Positions 22,610 to 33,627 of a stretch of DNA of 64,000 nucleotides are shown here, piece after piece (position 1 is the first letter of the stretch; the number at the start of each line of letters is the position of its first letter). This stretch comes from a candidate division FCPU426 bacterium (GTDB lineage: Bacteria > Oederibacteriota > Muellerivitia > Muellerivitales > Muellerivitaceae). The position numbers and the translations under genes were made by a program. Below the pieces are notes generated by a model that saw nothing but the letters and a program-made list of their open reading frames with translations, ran no database searches and was not told where the DNA came from. Where the stretch lies: NCBI GenBank assembly GCA_963796105.1, contig CAWCKJ010000006.1:1-64000 (forward strand), written 5' to 3'.

Positions 22610-22673
22610 AAAAGTTTGCTTTTCGAAGGTTTCTGGAGTTAATATCACAGTTCATTTTTAGGGAGGAATCATC

Positions 22674-23060
22674 ATGGGCTGGATTGAGACGTTAAAATTT
22701 CAAGAGGACGGCTTAATTCCTGTTATTACTCAAGATTCAACGACGGGGGAAATCCTAATGTTCGCTTTTGCGAACAGGGAATCCCTTGAACATACTGTTA
22801 ATTCGGGAAACATGACCTATTGGAGCAGGAGCCGCAAGAAACTATGGAAAAAAGGCGAGGAATCAGGAAATCTCCAGAAGGTGAAGTTCCTTTTCACTGA
22901 TTGCGATAAAGACGTGATTCTGGTAAAAATAGAGCAGATTGGGGGAGCGGCCTGTCACACTGGAAAACGCTCCTGTTTCTTCAACGAATTATCCGGGGAA
23001 AACTGGAAGGAAGTGGGAACCCAGGTTTTTAATCCCGAAAAGGTTTATGGAAAGAAATGA
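22674..23060 (+). CDS. hisI: Phosphoribosyl-AMP cyclohydrolase
   Basis: YWSRSRKKLWKKGEESG, DCDKD and ACHTGKRSCF. Confidence 0.97.
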   Translation: MGWIETLKFQEDGLIPVITQDSTTGEILMFAFANRESLEHTVNSGNMTYWSRSRKKLWKKGEESGNLQKVKFLFTDCDKDVILVKIEQIGGAACHTGKRSCFFNELSGENWKEVGTQVFNPEKVYGKK

Positions 23061-23116
23061 AGACTACTCTTGAATTGAATTTAAACCGTTGGCGTCGCTT
23101 CACTTGGCTCTCCTGA
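23057..23116 (+). CDS. Candidate Trp leader peptide MKTTLELNLNRWRRFTWLS
   Basis: 19-codon ORF whose ATG overlaps the hisI stop (ATGA). It has two TGG codons and lies directly upstream of trpE. Confidence 0.5.
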   Translation: MKTTLELNLNRWRRFTWLS

Positions 23117-23171
23117 GAGTCTGGGGTCGCTGTCGCTTATTTTTAAATTCAAAATTAAGGGGGTTTCTTCC

Positions 23172-24794
23172 ATGAATAATCAAATTTCTACAAATGTCGT
23201 TCCGTCCTTTGAATCTTTCCGACAATTGGCTCGCCATTACAACCGTATTCCGGTCAATATGGTATTTCAATCGGATTTGGAAACGCCATTATCCGTTTAT
23301 TTAAAACTTGGCGGAGGGTCCAACAGTTTTCTTCTTGAAAGCGTCGAGAAAAACGAGCAAGTGGCCCGATATTCCTTCATGGGTTTCTCCCCTACGGGGG
23401 TTTACGTGGCCAAGAACGGGTTTTTGACTTATTGTTCCGGCGCCAAAAAGAAAGAAGTGAAGAGTGCCAACCCTCTCCAGGACATCAAAGGAAAAGTTTC
23501 CGGCATCCGCCAAGCGCCCCTGGAGGGCAGTACAGGCGGCTTCCTGGGCGGGCTGGTGGGTTTCGTCGGGTATGACGCGGTAAGATATTTCGAGAAATTA
23601 CCAAGCCAAAAGCCGGACGTTCTGGACCTGCCGGATCTGTTCCTGATGGTGGCGGACCAATTGGTGCTTTTCGACCATTTGAAACGGACTTTCCGTCTGA
23701 TCGTGAACGTCCCCCTTAAACCCAATATTAATTTGAAAAAGGCTCATAGAGAGGCGGTTCAAAGATTAAGCGCCCTGGCGAAGAAACTGGAAAAACCCCT
23801 GAGGGGCGTTGTGGAAATCCCGGTCATGTTAGGAAAGGAAGAGGGCCAGAACGACTTGTCCGGTTTCAAGTCCGAAATGACGCGGGAAGCTTTCCAAAAC
23901 ATGGTGGTCAAGTCCAAGGAATACGTAAAAGCGGGGGACATCATTCAGGTGGTAGGTTCCCAGAGGTTTAGAAAAACGGTGAAGACCGACGCCGTGACGA
24001 TTTACCGGATTCTCCGGCGGCTCAATCCTTCCCCATACATGTTTCTCTTGAGGGCTGACGGCGTGGACTTGGTGGGAGCCTCTCCTGAGATGATGATCCG
24101 GGTCCAAAACGGGATGGTGGAGACACGGCCGATTGCCGGCACGCGCCCCCGTGGGAAAACAGCTGAGGAAGACCTCCGGATGGAGGAAAGCCTGCTGGCC
24201 GACGAAAAAGAACTTGCGGAGCATACGATGTTGGTGGACCTGGCACGCAACGACCTTGGAAGGGTCTGCGACTACGGCACGGTTAAGATGGAGCATTTCA
24301 AGCGAATCGAGCGTTATTCCCACGTCATGCACATCGTTTCCGACGTCACGGGGCGGCTTCAAAAGGGAAAGACGGCTTACGACGCATTCCAGTCCTGTTT
24401 CCCGGCCGGTACCCTATCCGGCGCCCCCAAGATCCGGGCAATGGAAATTATCGAGGAGATGGAGCTTTCTCGGCGGGGCATATACGGCGGGGCGGTGACG
24501 GCTTTTGGGTTTGACGGGAACATGGATTCGGCCATCACCATCCGGTCCGCAGTCTTGAAAAGAAAAGGCCAAAAAACGACCGCCTATGTGCAGGCAGGGG
24601 CCGGGCTTGTGGCCGACTCGGTGCCTGAGAACGAATACATGGAAACCTGCAACAAGGCTCGGGTTGTTTTCATGGCGATAGACCAGGCGGAAAAAGCAAA
24701 CTTCAGCATCCAACGCAAAGCCTGTTCGACTCGTTTCGTTCGCTCAAGGTCGAACGCTCATAAAAAAAGATTCCGAATAGGAGGGCGGCCATGA
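23172..24794 (+). CDS. trpE: Anthranilate synthase component I
   Basis: [38 protein letters not shown] and [15 protein letters not shown]. Confidence 0.95.
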   Translation: MNNQISTNVVPSFESFRQLARHYNRIPVNMVFQSDLETPLSVYLKLGGGSNSFLLESVEKNEQVARYSFMGFSPTGVYVAKNGFLTYCSGAKKKEVKSANPLQDIKGKVSGIRQAPLEGSTGGFLGGLVGFVGYDAVRYFEKLPSQKPDVLDLPDLFLMVADQLVLFDHLKRTFRLIVNVPLKPNINLKKAHREAVQRLSALAKKLEKPLRGVVEIPVMLGKEEGQNDLSGFKSEMTREAFQNMVVKSKEYVKAGDIIQVVGSQRFRKTVKTDAVTIYRILRRLNPSPYMFLLRADGVDLVGASPEMMIRVQNGMVETRPIAGTRPRGKTAEEDLRMEESLLADEKELAEHTMLVDLARNDLGRVCDYGTVKMEHFKRIERYSHVMHIVSDVTGRLQKGKTAYDAFQSCFPAGTLSGAPKIRAMEIIEEMELSRRGIYGGAVTAFGFDGNMDSAITIRSAVLKRKGQKTTAYVQAGAGLVADSVPENEYMETCNKARVVFMAIDQAEKANFSIQRKACSTRFVRSRSNAHKKRFRIGGRP

Positions 24795-25354
24795 TTCTCG
24801 TCATCGATAATTACGATTCCTTCACCTTTAACCTTGTGCAATACCTGGGCGAAATGGGCCGGGAGATTCTAGTTGCCCGCAACGATGAAATTACGGTGGA
24901 AGAAATCCTCGGAAAAAAGCCGGATCATATCCTCCTCTCGCCAGGCCCCTGCACGCCCAAGGAAGCGGGGGTTTCCGTGGACGTCATAAAGGACATCTCC
25001 GGGAAAATACCCATCCTGGGGGTCTGCTTGGGCCACCAGAGCATCGGATACGCATTCGGAGGTGAGATTATCCGAGCGAAAAAAATCATGCACGGGAAAA
25101 CCAGCCGAATCAGTCACGACGGCAAGGGGGTTTTCAAGGGCATGCCCAATCCCTTCAAGGCCACGCGTTACCATTCCCTCGCAATCAAAAGGGAAACCCT
25201 CCCGGATTGCCTGGTTGTGACGGCCGAGAGTGAGGAAGGGGAAATCATGGGGGTGAGGCATAAAACCCTGGCTGTGGAAGGGGTGCAGTTTCACCCGGAG
25301 TCGATCCTAACCGAGTCGGGCAGAACGCTCCTTAGAAACTTCATCGAGTCGTGA
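24791..25354 (+). CDS. trpG: Anthranilate synthase component II (glutamine amidotransferase)
   Basis: [23 protein letters not shown] and QFHPES. ATGA-coupled to trpE. Confidence 0.95.
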   Translation: MILVIDNYDSFTFNLVQYLGEMGREILVARNDEITVEEILGKKPDHILLSPGPCTPKEAGVSVDVIKDISGKIPILGVCLGHQSIGYAFGGEIIRAKKIMHGKTSRISHDGKGVFKGMPNPFKATRYHSLAIKRETLPDCLVVTAESEEGEIMGVRHKTLAVEGVQFHPESILTESGRTLLRNFIES

Positions 25355-25413
25355 TTCCTAGATGCAAATAAACCCTTGAAATGCCGGTTTTAAACCGCAA
25401 GGTGGCGGTGAGC

Positions 25414-26241
25414 ATGAAGAAAAAGATCATGTGGGTCGTCATAATCATCATAGGATTGGCCCTTTTCGGGGCGGGTGGGATCTGGTTTTATCAAACACAC
25501 CGGGCCCGGTTCCATGTTTCCCTTTACCAAGGAGACCGGGAGACCGACGTTCAGACGACCGGGAAGACGGTGGGGGAGGTCGTCCGGGAGATGAATATCT
25601 CCCTGAAGACCCAGGACGTAGTTGTACCGCCCCTCACGGCCGCGGTCAGCGAGGGTTTGGAAATCGACCTGGGGCTGGTGGAAAGACGGGTGAAGGAGGT
25701 TAAAAAAAATTTCCCATTCAATATTCATACTGACTATACAGACAAACTTAACGTCGGTGAAATCATTGATATTCAGCAGGGAAAGGACGGCCTTGCTCAG
25801 TTGGAAACTGAAGATTTTTATCTGAATGGGGAGGAGGCTTTTGAAAAAGTCTTAAAATCCAAGGTTTTGATTCCGACGAAGGATGCTAAAGTATTGGAAG
25901 GAACGGCCCTTAATCAAAAGCTTTATTCCTTGAAAAAAAGGGCCAGGGTCAGCAAGACGTTGACGATGCAGGCGACAGCTTATTATCCCGGGCCTGAGGA
26001 CACATGGCCTTACGCTTCCGGATACACAGCTTCGGGCCTCAAAGCCGGTTATGGGGTGGCGGCTGTGGATCCCCATTATATCCGGCTCAAAACCCCGCTA
26101 TATGTTGCGGACTACGGGTATGCCATCGCTGCTGACAAAGGCGGGGCGATCAAGGGGAACAAGATTGATCTTTGCTTCGACACTTACGAGGAGGCGGTGC
26201 GATTTGGGAAGAAAAACGTCACGGTTTACATCCTGCGCTAA
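25414..26241 (+). CDS. YabE-like DUF348/G5/3D-domain cell-wall protein
   Basis: N-terminal TM segment, TVGEVVREMNI (DUF348-like), and a 3D domain ATAY...TASG...AAVDP...AADKGGAIKGNKIDL. Confidence 0.85.
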   Translation: MKKKIMWVVIIIIGLALFGAGGIWFYQTHRARFHVSLYQGDRETDVQTTGKTVGEVVREMNISLKTQDVVVPPLTAAVSEGLEIDLGLVERRVKEVKKNFPFNIHTDYTDKLNVGEIIDIQQGKDGLAQLETEDFYLNGEEAFEKVLKSKVLIPTKDAKVLEGTALNQKLYSLKKRARVSKTLTMQATAYYPGPEDTWPYASGYTASGLKAGYGVAAVDPHYIRLKTPLYVADYGYAIAADKGGAIKGNKIDLCFDTYEEAVRFGKKNVTVYILR

Positions 26242-27310
26242 ACGGCGGATTTTTTCCGCAATAACGGTTCTTTTTCTTTTTCAGCTACAATATTTAACCC
26301 TATCGGCCCAGTCTTCAGCCCCAACATCCACTCCAATCCCAGGAAATTCCAATGCGGATGCTTCGATGATTACGCCCACGAATAGCCCGACCTCTACCCC
26401 GACTTTTAATCCTTTCGCGACCCCTACTTGGACCTTTACTTGGGATCCCTTCGCCACGGATACTCCTACCCCTGGATCGCCGACGCCTACTTTCACTCCG
26501 ACAGAGACTTCCACGCCGACTGTAACTGGAACCCAATCACCTTCAATGACTTTTACTCCTACTATCACCAATACGCCCAGCATATCCCGGGCATCATTGG
26601 CATTGTTATCCACCGCTTATTCCAATGGATGGGACCATTGGGATAAGTGGAATTGGGACATCGGTTTTTCCTATTATATCGGATCCATCGCTGAAAAGGA
26701 CATGGGCTCCTCGACGCAATTTTTGAATCCTCTCCGGCTTTGGCTCCTAACAAGTGATCTCAAATATGGTTGGATGGATCAGACCAAGACCTCTCCGGGG
26801 ATAGCCTCAGGCCTCCTGATGACCCTCCTTTTAAACGGCGGCAATCCCGGGGCTACCGGGGGCGCCAGCCAAAACTTTCAACTTACTGGTAATTCCATGG
26901 GGGGGATTTATACGGTGCTCAGCCAGTCCATTGCGAAGAACACCGCGGTTCATTTCGGTTATGTTTTCGGGTTCAGGGACGCGTTTAAAAGCATAGGCTT
27001 GGGTTCATTCGCTCCAAACTTGAACTATTCCGACTTCCTTCCACTTCTGACAAACAACCCCCAGGATTTGGAAGGGGGTTCGCCACCTAGCCTTTTTTAT
27101 ACCGGATGGGATTGGCGTCTTCTCGGAACCAATTGGAAATTCGAGATTTGGAAACCCTTTCCCATGCCGCAAAATCCAGTGCTCTTGAATACCCAGATCG
27201 ACGGATTATTTGCGTTCAATCTCGCTTACGAGCGTTGGCAATCAGGCTACGCGCTCCTGGGTTATTTTAATTTCCGGTTCACCATCATTCCGAACACACC
27301 CGCATACTAA
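26051..27310 (+). CDS. Hypothetical exported protein with a short Thr/Pro linker and a possible beta-barrel C-terminal domain (start uncertain, probably near 26240)
   Basis: Signal-like KRRIFSAITVLFLFQLQYLTLSA, a ~75 aa TP-rich tract, then aromatic amphipathic strands (WDIGFSYY, VHFGYVFG, LGYFNFRF). Confidence 0.65.
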   Translation: MGWRLWIPIISGSKPRYMLRTTGMPSLLTKAGRSRGTRLIFASTLTRRRCDLGRKTSRFTSCAKRRIFSAITVLFLFQLQYLTLSAQSSAPTSTPIPGNSNADASMITPTNSPTSTPTFNPFATPTWTFTWDPFATDTPTPGSPTPTFTPTETSTPTVTGTQSPSMTFTPTITNTPSISRASLALLSTAYSNGWDHWDKWNWDIGFSYYIGSIAEKDMGSSTQFLNPLRLWLLTSDLKYGWMDQTKTSPGIASGLLMTLLLNGGNPGATGGASQNFQLTGNSMGGIYTVLSQSIAKNTAVHFGYVFGFRDAFKSIGLGSFAPNLNYSDFLPLLTNNPQDLEGGSPPSLFYTGWDWRLLGTNWKFEIWKPFPMPQNPVLLNTQIDGLFAFNLAYERWQSGYALLGYFNFRFTIIPNTPAY

Positions 27311-27398
27311 CGGGCCAACGGGCAAAAAAGGGCCCGAATTTTGAATTTTTAATATTATTTCGGCCTAGGTAAATTAAGTCCATTCAGGAAATTTGCGC

Positions 27399-28556
27399 AT
27401 GAAAACCAATTTTGACAAATCCATCATGATAGTGGCCGGGGAGGCTTCCGGAGACATGCACGCGGCCGGTGTGATCCGGGCTTTGCTTTCAAAAAACAAA
27501 AAGCTGAAAATTTTCGGCTTGGGAGGCCCCTTGATGGCCCGGGCAGGAATGGAAGTCCGCGAGGATTTGACGAAAAACGCCATCATGGGAGTGGTGGAGG
27601 TGGTCAGGCACCTCCCCTTGAGCCTGAGGCGCCTCTGGGACTGCGAGAAATGGCTGAGGGAGGAAAAACCGGACCTTTTAGTCCTTGTGGATTATCCCGG
27701 GTTCAACCTTCGGCTCGCGGAAAAGGCGCGCCTTCTGGGAGTACCCGTTTGCTATTACATCGCTCCCCAGGCTTGGGCTTGGCACGAGGGGCGGATTCGG
27801 GCTATGAGGGAAAACATCCGCAAACTCCTGGTCATCCTGCCCTTCGAGGAGAAATTTTTCAGGGAAAGGGGCATGGAGGCGGTGCATGTGGGCCATCCCT
27901 TGCTGGAGGAGATGGACCTGAAACCACCGAATCGCCTCCAGGTCCTCAAGAAATACGGACTGGACCCGGCGCGTTTTCCCCTCATTACGGCCATGCCCGG
28001 TAGCCGGAAAAAAGAGGTGGAAAAAATATGGCCTCTCTTTCTCGCGGCCTCAAGGCTCTTGATAAAAGGCTACCCCGACGCGGCTTTCATCGTGCCCAAA
28101 CCCCATGGACTGGAGTTTGCGGATTACCCGGGTTTAAAGTCGGAGGACCCCTTTGTTTTCGTGGACGCTCCCGCCTGGGATTTGCGCAAGATTTGCGAGC
28201 TGGCCTGGGTGAAATCCGGAACCGGAACCCTGGAGACCGCGCTTCTTCAAATCCCGTTGGTGGTGGTGGCCAAGGTGGCCGCCTTGACTGGTTTTCTGGC
28301 CAGGAGGCTCATCAAGCTCAAATACATCTCCCTGCCCAATCTGTTAACGGACAGCCTCCTGGTCCCGGAGCTTTTGCAGGAAATGGCGGTGCCGGAAAAA
28401 CTTTACGCCGAGTCCCTGGCGCTCCTGGAGAAGAAGCCGATCCGGGAAAAGCAGATTAAAGGATTCGCGAAGCTGAAAAATCAGCTCGCCCAGCCTTCCA
28501 AGCCCTCCCATAACGCGGCGAGGGAAATCCTGAAGCTTCTGGGAAGGAAGGCTTGA
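27399..28556 (+). CDS. lpxB: Lipid-A-disaccharide synthase
   Basis: VAGEASGD, VDYPGFN, PQAWAW, ILPFE, VGHPL, PGSR and SGTGTLE. Confidence 0.97.
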   Translation: MKTNFDKSIMIVAGEASGDMHAAGVIRALLSKNKKLKIFGLGGPLMARAGMEVREDLTKNAIMGVVEVVRHLPLSLRRLWDCEKWLREEKPDLLVLVDYPGFNLRLAEKARLLGVPVCYYIAPQAWAWHEGRIRAMRENIRKLLVILPFEEKFFRERGMEAVHVGHPLLEEMDLKPPNRLQVLKKYGLDPARFPLITAMPGSRKKEVEKIWPLFLAASRLLIKGYPDAAFIVPKPHGLEFADYPGLKSEDPFVFVDAPAWDLRKICELAWVKSGTGTLETALLQIPLVVVAKVAALTGFLARRLIKLKYISLPNLLTDSLLVPELLQEMAVPEKLYAESLALLEKKPIREKQIKGFAKLKNQLAQPSKPSHNAAREILKLLGRKA

Positions 28557-29224
28557 ATACCTACCGGCTGACCCTCCTGGATTGGCTGATTCTGGCCGTC
28601 GCCACGCCCCTGATCTGCCTGCTGGGTTTGACCCTGCGCATCCGGGAGGAGGGAAAACGCGAATGGGGGCCCCGTGCCAGGCAGGCCGAACCTACTCTGT
28701 GGGTATTGTGGCACGAGACCATCCTCACGGGCGTCTGGTACCACCGCTGGCAGAAGGTACATGTGATGATCTCCACCAGCCGGGACGGGGAACTGGTGGC
28801 CACACTCGGGAAATTCTTCGGCTATAACGCGGTAAGGGGTTCCAGCACCAGGGGAGGGAAGGAAGCCTCTCTCGAGATGGTGGAATGCCTGAAGTGGGGC
28901 CTGCGTTGCGCCATTACGCCTGACGGACCCAGGGGCACCCGGCGGGAGATGAAGATGGGTGCGGCCAAAATCGCCCGGCAGTCAGGATGCCCGGTGGTGC
29001 CTTACGGCTTCGCGGCGGAGCGTTGTTGGAGGCTGACTAGCTGGGACAAATTCATCATCCCCAAACCCTTCAGCCGTGCGGTGTTTGTTTACGGGGAACC
29101 CATCCGGATACCGGCCCAGGGAGGCGAAGACGCGAAATATTTGGAACAGATCCAGAAAGAGATGGACCGGGTAACCCGGGAAGCAGAACAGTATTTTCGC
29201 AAAGATCGTTCAACCAAGGCATAA
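28553..29224 (+). CDS. DUF374 lysophospholipid acyltransferase family protein (LpxJ-like)
   Basis: LWH, ISTSRDGE, RGSSTRGG, ITPDGPRG and SWDKFIIPKPF. Confidence 0.88.
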   Translation: MNTYRLTLLDWLILAVATPLICLLGLTLRIREEGKREWGPRARQAEPTLWVLWHETILTGVWYHRWQKVHVMISTSRDGELVATLGKFFGYNAVRGSSTRGGKEASLEMVECLKWGLRCAITPDGPRGTRREMKMGAAKIARQSGCPVVPYGFAAERCWRLTSWDKFIIPKPFSRAVFVYGEPIRIPAQGGEDAKYLEQIQKEMDRVTREAEQYFRKDRSTKA

Positions 29225-29304
29225 ACCGGGAAACTCGTATTGGTTTCGTGTATTGAACGGTCGTTTCTTCTTTTAAAAATCGAAAAAATTATTATTTTCA
29301 GGGA

Positions 29305-29931
29305 TTGAACTTGGGACCAATAAAATGCTTATTCATCGACGCGATGGGGGTTTTGTACCAGGCAGGAGATGATGTTTCCGAGGTTTTGATCCCTTTTTGC
29401 CGGAGAAACGGGTCGGAAATCAGCGACAAGGAGATTTTGGACCTCTATGTCGCCAGAAGCCTGGGACGGATGACGGCCCTGGACTTCTGGAAAAAAACGG
29501 GGCTTGAAGGTGATCGGGATGCGGATTATGTTCAAAACTATGTCCTGAACGAGGGTGTTGCGGAGGGGCTCCGGGACTTGGACAGGGAAGGATACAGGCT
29601 TTATTGCCTGTCCAACGACGTGGCGAAATGGTCGTCGCTTTTAAGAAAAAGGTTTAACCTGGAAGGATATTTTGACGGGTGGATCATCAGTGGCGAAATC
29701 GGAATCCGAAAACCCGATCCGAGGATTTTTGGATTTGCCTTGAAAAAAACGGGTTTCAAGCCAGGGGAATGTCTCTTTATCGACGACCGGTTCCTTAACC
29801 TGGCCCAGGCGAAAAAAATGGGAATCCCGGTCCTGAAATTCGGAAAACCCGACGTTGGGGAAAAACACGGTTACCCTTTTGTGGAATCCTTCGCCGGTTT
29901 ATTGCATGGCGTCCAAGAAGAGAATGAATGA
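29305..29931 (+). CDS. HAD-superfamily hydrolase
   Basis: DAMGVL, LSND, KPDPRIF and FIDD motifs. Confidence 0.88.
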   Translation: MNLGPIKCLFIDAMGVLYQAGDDVSEVLIPFCRRNGSEISDKEILDLYVARSLGRMTALDFWKKTGLEGDRDADYVQNYVLNEGVAEGLRDLDREGYRLYCLSNDVAKWSSLLRKRFNLEGYFDGWIISGEIGIRKPDPRIFGFALKKTGFKPGECLFIDDRFLNLAQAKKMGIPVLKFGKPDVGEKHGYPFVESFAGLLHGVQEENE

Positions 29932-29991
29932 AAATGAACGAGTATTCCAAAGGTGGGCTGAATCAACCACTCTGCTTTTGAAGGCGGTCCA

Positions 29992-31267
29992 TTGGCCCTA
30001 ATTCTTTATCGCTTACTCATGAACGCGATCTGCGGGTTGGCCCGCTTGGCGAATGTGTTCATTGGCTCGTCCTCCCTGGCGGAAAGATTGGGATTTTATC
30101 CCGATGCCGAAATCCAAAAACTATCGATTGGATACAACCTGTGGCTCCACGCGGCCTCGGCCGGGGAAGTGATTGCCATAACACCTTTTTGCGAATCGCT
30201 CCGGAAAGCCCAGCCTTCCGCCAAGATCATTCTCACCACCACCTCTACGTCCGGGAGGAAAATCGCCATGGAAAAGGGGATTGCCGACTCGGTTTTCCTG
30301 GCACCGTTGGATGCGGGCGGGCCTTTGAAAAGAGCATTCTCATTCTTCCGGCCCATCATGGTTTTGTCCGCAGAGACTGAAATATGGCCCAACTGGCTTT
30401 TAAGAACCAGCGCCAATGGAATTCCGCTTCTTCTTATCAACGGCCGGATCTCCGACCGCAGTTTCCCAAAATATAAAAAGTTCCTGCCCCTTTTTAGTAT
30501 CTCCGTTGAATTGTTTCAACCTCTGCCTGGTCCAGACCAGGCAGGACCAGGAAAGGCTTCAGGCACTCGGCGTTTCGGAAAAAAGAATCCGGGTCGTTGG
30601 CCAGATGAAATACGACCAGCAGACGCCTGAGCCGGCCCAGGTGGAAAAATTCCGGAAAAAAATCAATCTTGGAAATGATGACATTTTATTCACGCTCGGC
30701 AGTCTTCGAGAGGGCGAGGACGATCTTTTGATTCCATTGATCCCCGAAATTCTGAAATCTTCCCCTCATGTCAAAGTGCTGGTGGCACCCAGGCATATGA
30801 AGAATGTCCCCATATTCAAGCAAAAATTGGACCACGCCGGCATTACCTGCAAATTGAGAACTGAAATGGAAAAAGGATCCGGAAACGAGCGGGTGATTGT
30901 TCTGGACACCCTTGGGGAGTTATCTTTGTCTTACGCATTGTCCCGGGCTGCTTTCGTGGGAGGGACTTTGGTCCCTATAGGAGGGCATAACATCATGGAA
31001 CCGGCTTTATCCGCGGTGCCTGTTTGTTTTGGGAATTATATCCAAAACGTGCGAGAAGCGGCGGATGTTCTGCTTCAATCAGGCGGAGGAGTGCAGTTGA
31101 AAAAAGCCGATGAATTGGTACAGGTCCTCGAAAAATTCCTCGATTCAGAAACAGCCAAGAATACTGGACTTAAAGCCTATGAATACATCGCCGCCATGAA
31201 GGGAGCCACTCAGAAGATGTTGGATCAAGTTATGGAATGTTGGCCGGCACAATTCTTAGAGTCTTGA
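29992..31267 (+). CDS. waaA: Kdo transferase, split by a frameshift at ~30495-30505 (probably a sequencing error)
   Basis: WLHAASAGE, ETEIWPN and NGRISDRS lie in the first frame. APRH, DTLGEL and GGHNIMEPA lie in the second. Confidence 0.92.
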
Positions 31268-31363
31268 CAAGTTGTCGCGGGTTGTTGAAATTGACTTTTT
31301 GATGCGCATTAGTAATTTGGGAATTTCACGGATAAAAGCTTAAAAACTTAAACGGAAAGACTT

Positions 31364-32486
31364 ATGACCGCATTCGAAAGCATCTACCTAAAATTTCTTC
31401 ACGAGAAACAGAGAAATTGGTTTGGCCGGGCATTGTTTTCTATTTTAGAAGGTCTTTCTTTTTTCTTTCTGGCAGGCTGGTGGCTGAAAAGGGCATCCTA
31501 CCGGACCCGGTTTCTTCAACGGAAAAGATTGGCTTGCCCGGTTGTAAGTGTTGGAAATATTACGACGGGAGGGACGGGCAAAACCCCAGTCGTTATCGAA
31601 TTGGCGCGGCATTTCAGCGAACAGGGGAAGAGAATTGCCGTATTAAGCAGGGGCTACCGCCGAAAAAGCAAAACATCATCCCCCGTTTGGGTCTCGGACG
31701 GAAAGAAAATCCTTGTCCCCCCGGAGGAGGGGGGGGATGAGCCAGTGTTGATCGCAAGGAATGTTCCGAGAGCCGCAGTGCTGGTTTGCAAGGACCGCTA
31801 TAGGGCCGGAATGGAGGCCCTTCGTAATTTCAATCCCGACTTGATCATATTGGACGATGGTTTTCAGAGGCGGTTTGAGTTTCACCGAGACTTGGATATT
31901 TTGGTCGTGGATGGAATCAATCCTTTTAGCACGGGATGGGTCCTTCCAGCTGGATTACTTCGTGAACCTCTACGGTCCCTCGGGGATGCCGACGTCTTTA
32001 TCCTGAACAAAGTCAACTTGGCCAGGAGTCCCGAGGATATTCATACGGTTTTGCATCGATACAACCCCAGGGCCTTTGTCGTTGAATCGCGGTATAAACC
32101 TCAAGTTTTGAGGAACTTTAAAACCGGCAAGACTGTCAGGATCCTCTTCCTTGGATCGGGTTTCAGTAGGTGCTTTCTCCGGGATTGGGACGCCCCTTTC
32201 CTTCATTAGGACCCTGGCTGATTTCAAGGTTTTGGTACGTCATGCCTATACCCTACGGGATCATTACCCCTATACTCCGGAAAAGTTGATGGCTATTGTG
32301 AAAGACGCAAAACAAAGAGGTTTGAGTTATTTGGTGACGACTGAAAAGGATGAGGTCAAATTACCCAGGGAAATGGACTTGGAGATTCCTATACTGGTTT
32401 TAATCATCAAATGGCAGGTGACAGGTGGAAAGAAACTTTGGGATAAAGTCTTGAAGAACATCGCTTTGGCCAGTTCTGCGAATTGA
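31364..32486 (+). CDS. lpxK: Tetraacyldisaccharide 4'-kinase, split by a frameshift at ~32135-32150 (probably a sequencing error)
   Basis: SVGNITTGGTGKTP, LSRGY, GDEP, LDDGFQ and PAGLLREP lie in the first frame. AFSGIG, DHYPY and TTEKDEVK lie in the second. Confidence 0.93.
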
Positions 32487-32551
32487 CAAAATGTTAAAAC
32501 TGGATGACGCAGATCATTCGGAATAATAATTCAATATTAAAGCAAAGGCCC

Positions 32552-33627
32552 ATGGCACGAAAGCAAGCGAAAATCAAACCTGATCCAAAAATCCCGAAAA
32601 AAATCCTGGTCCTTCGCTATTCTTCGCTGGGGGACGTGGCTTTGACCAATCCCCTTTTGGAAAGGCTCAAGCAGGAATGGCCGAACGTGCCGGTTTATTT
32701 CGCCACCAAAAGACAATACGCCCCGGTCCTCCAGCATAACTCGGCCCTGGACGGAATTTTCCTTCTGGAGGGAAAGGGATTTTGGGACCTTTGGAACCAT
32801 ATCGGCCAGTTGAGGAAACTGGATCCCACACTGGTCCTGGACCTGCATGATTCCTTGAGGACGCACCTGGTTTCCACTTTCCTGGGGAAGGCAAGGATCT
32901 TGGTTTACGACAAGGAAAAGTACAAGCGGCGGTTGATGGTGGGAAAAATCACCCAGAATCCGGGCCCGCATACCATCCAGAAATACCTCAAGGCCTTGGA
33001 ACCACTGGGAATCCTTTCCCCCCTGCGAGTCCCTTTCGACATCCATATCTCCAGGGCCAACCAAAGATTCCTGCGAGAATATTCCAAACAGCACAAAATT
33101 TCGTCTTCTCGGGTGGTGGTGGGTTTGTCGCCCGGCGCCCGCTGGTTCACCAAGCGCTGGCCCGCGCTGAACTACGCCGAACTGGCCTCGCGCCTGGTGG
33201 AGGACTACCGGTGCCAGCTTCTCTGGTTCGGAAGCAGGGAGGAGATCCCCTGATCAAGTCCATCCAAGCCCGGATGCGGGGAACCTATCTGGAAAGGGGG
33301 GAATGTCTTCCCGAAAAACACTCACTGGAGCAATCCATCGCCCTACTAGGTAGGTGCGACCTTTTCATCGGGAACGACTCGGGATTTATCCACCTGGGCT
33401 CGGGAAGGGGCTGCCGGGTGGTGGTCCTTTACGGCTCCACCTCAACCTCCCTGGGTTTCGAGCCCTGGGGGCCCCATTCGGTGGTGGAAGTCGCGGGCCT
33501 TTCCTGCCGGCCTTGCCACGTCCACGGGCGCGACTCCTGCCCTCTCGGCCATTTCAAGTGCATGGAAGACATGACGGTGGACCTGGTGGAGGGAGCGGTG
33601 AAAAGATCTTTGAGGAGGAATCGTTGA
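32552..33627 (+). CDS. GT9 LPS heptosyltransferase-family protein, split by a 1-nt deletion in the C run at 33247-33250
   Basis: RYSSLGDV and PGARWFTKRWP lie in the first frame. GNDSGFIH, LYGST and CRPC lie in the second. Adding one C restores EEIPLIK. Confidence 0.88.

Noticed and set aside
22351..22695. 114 aa ORF before hisI
   Set aside because: It is an off-frame shadow of the GNAT pseudogene.
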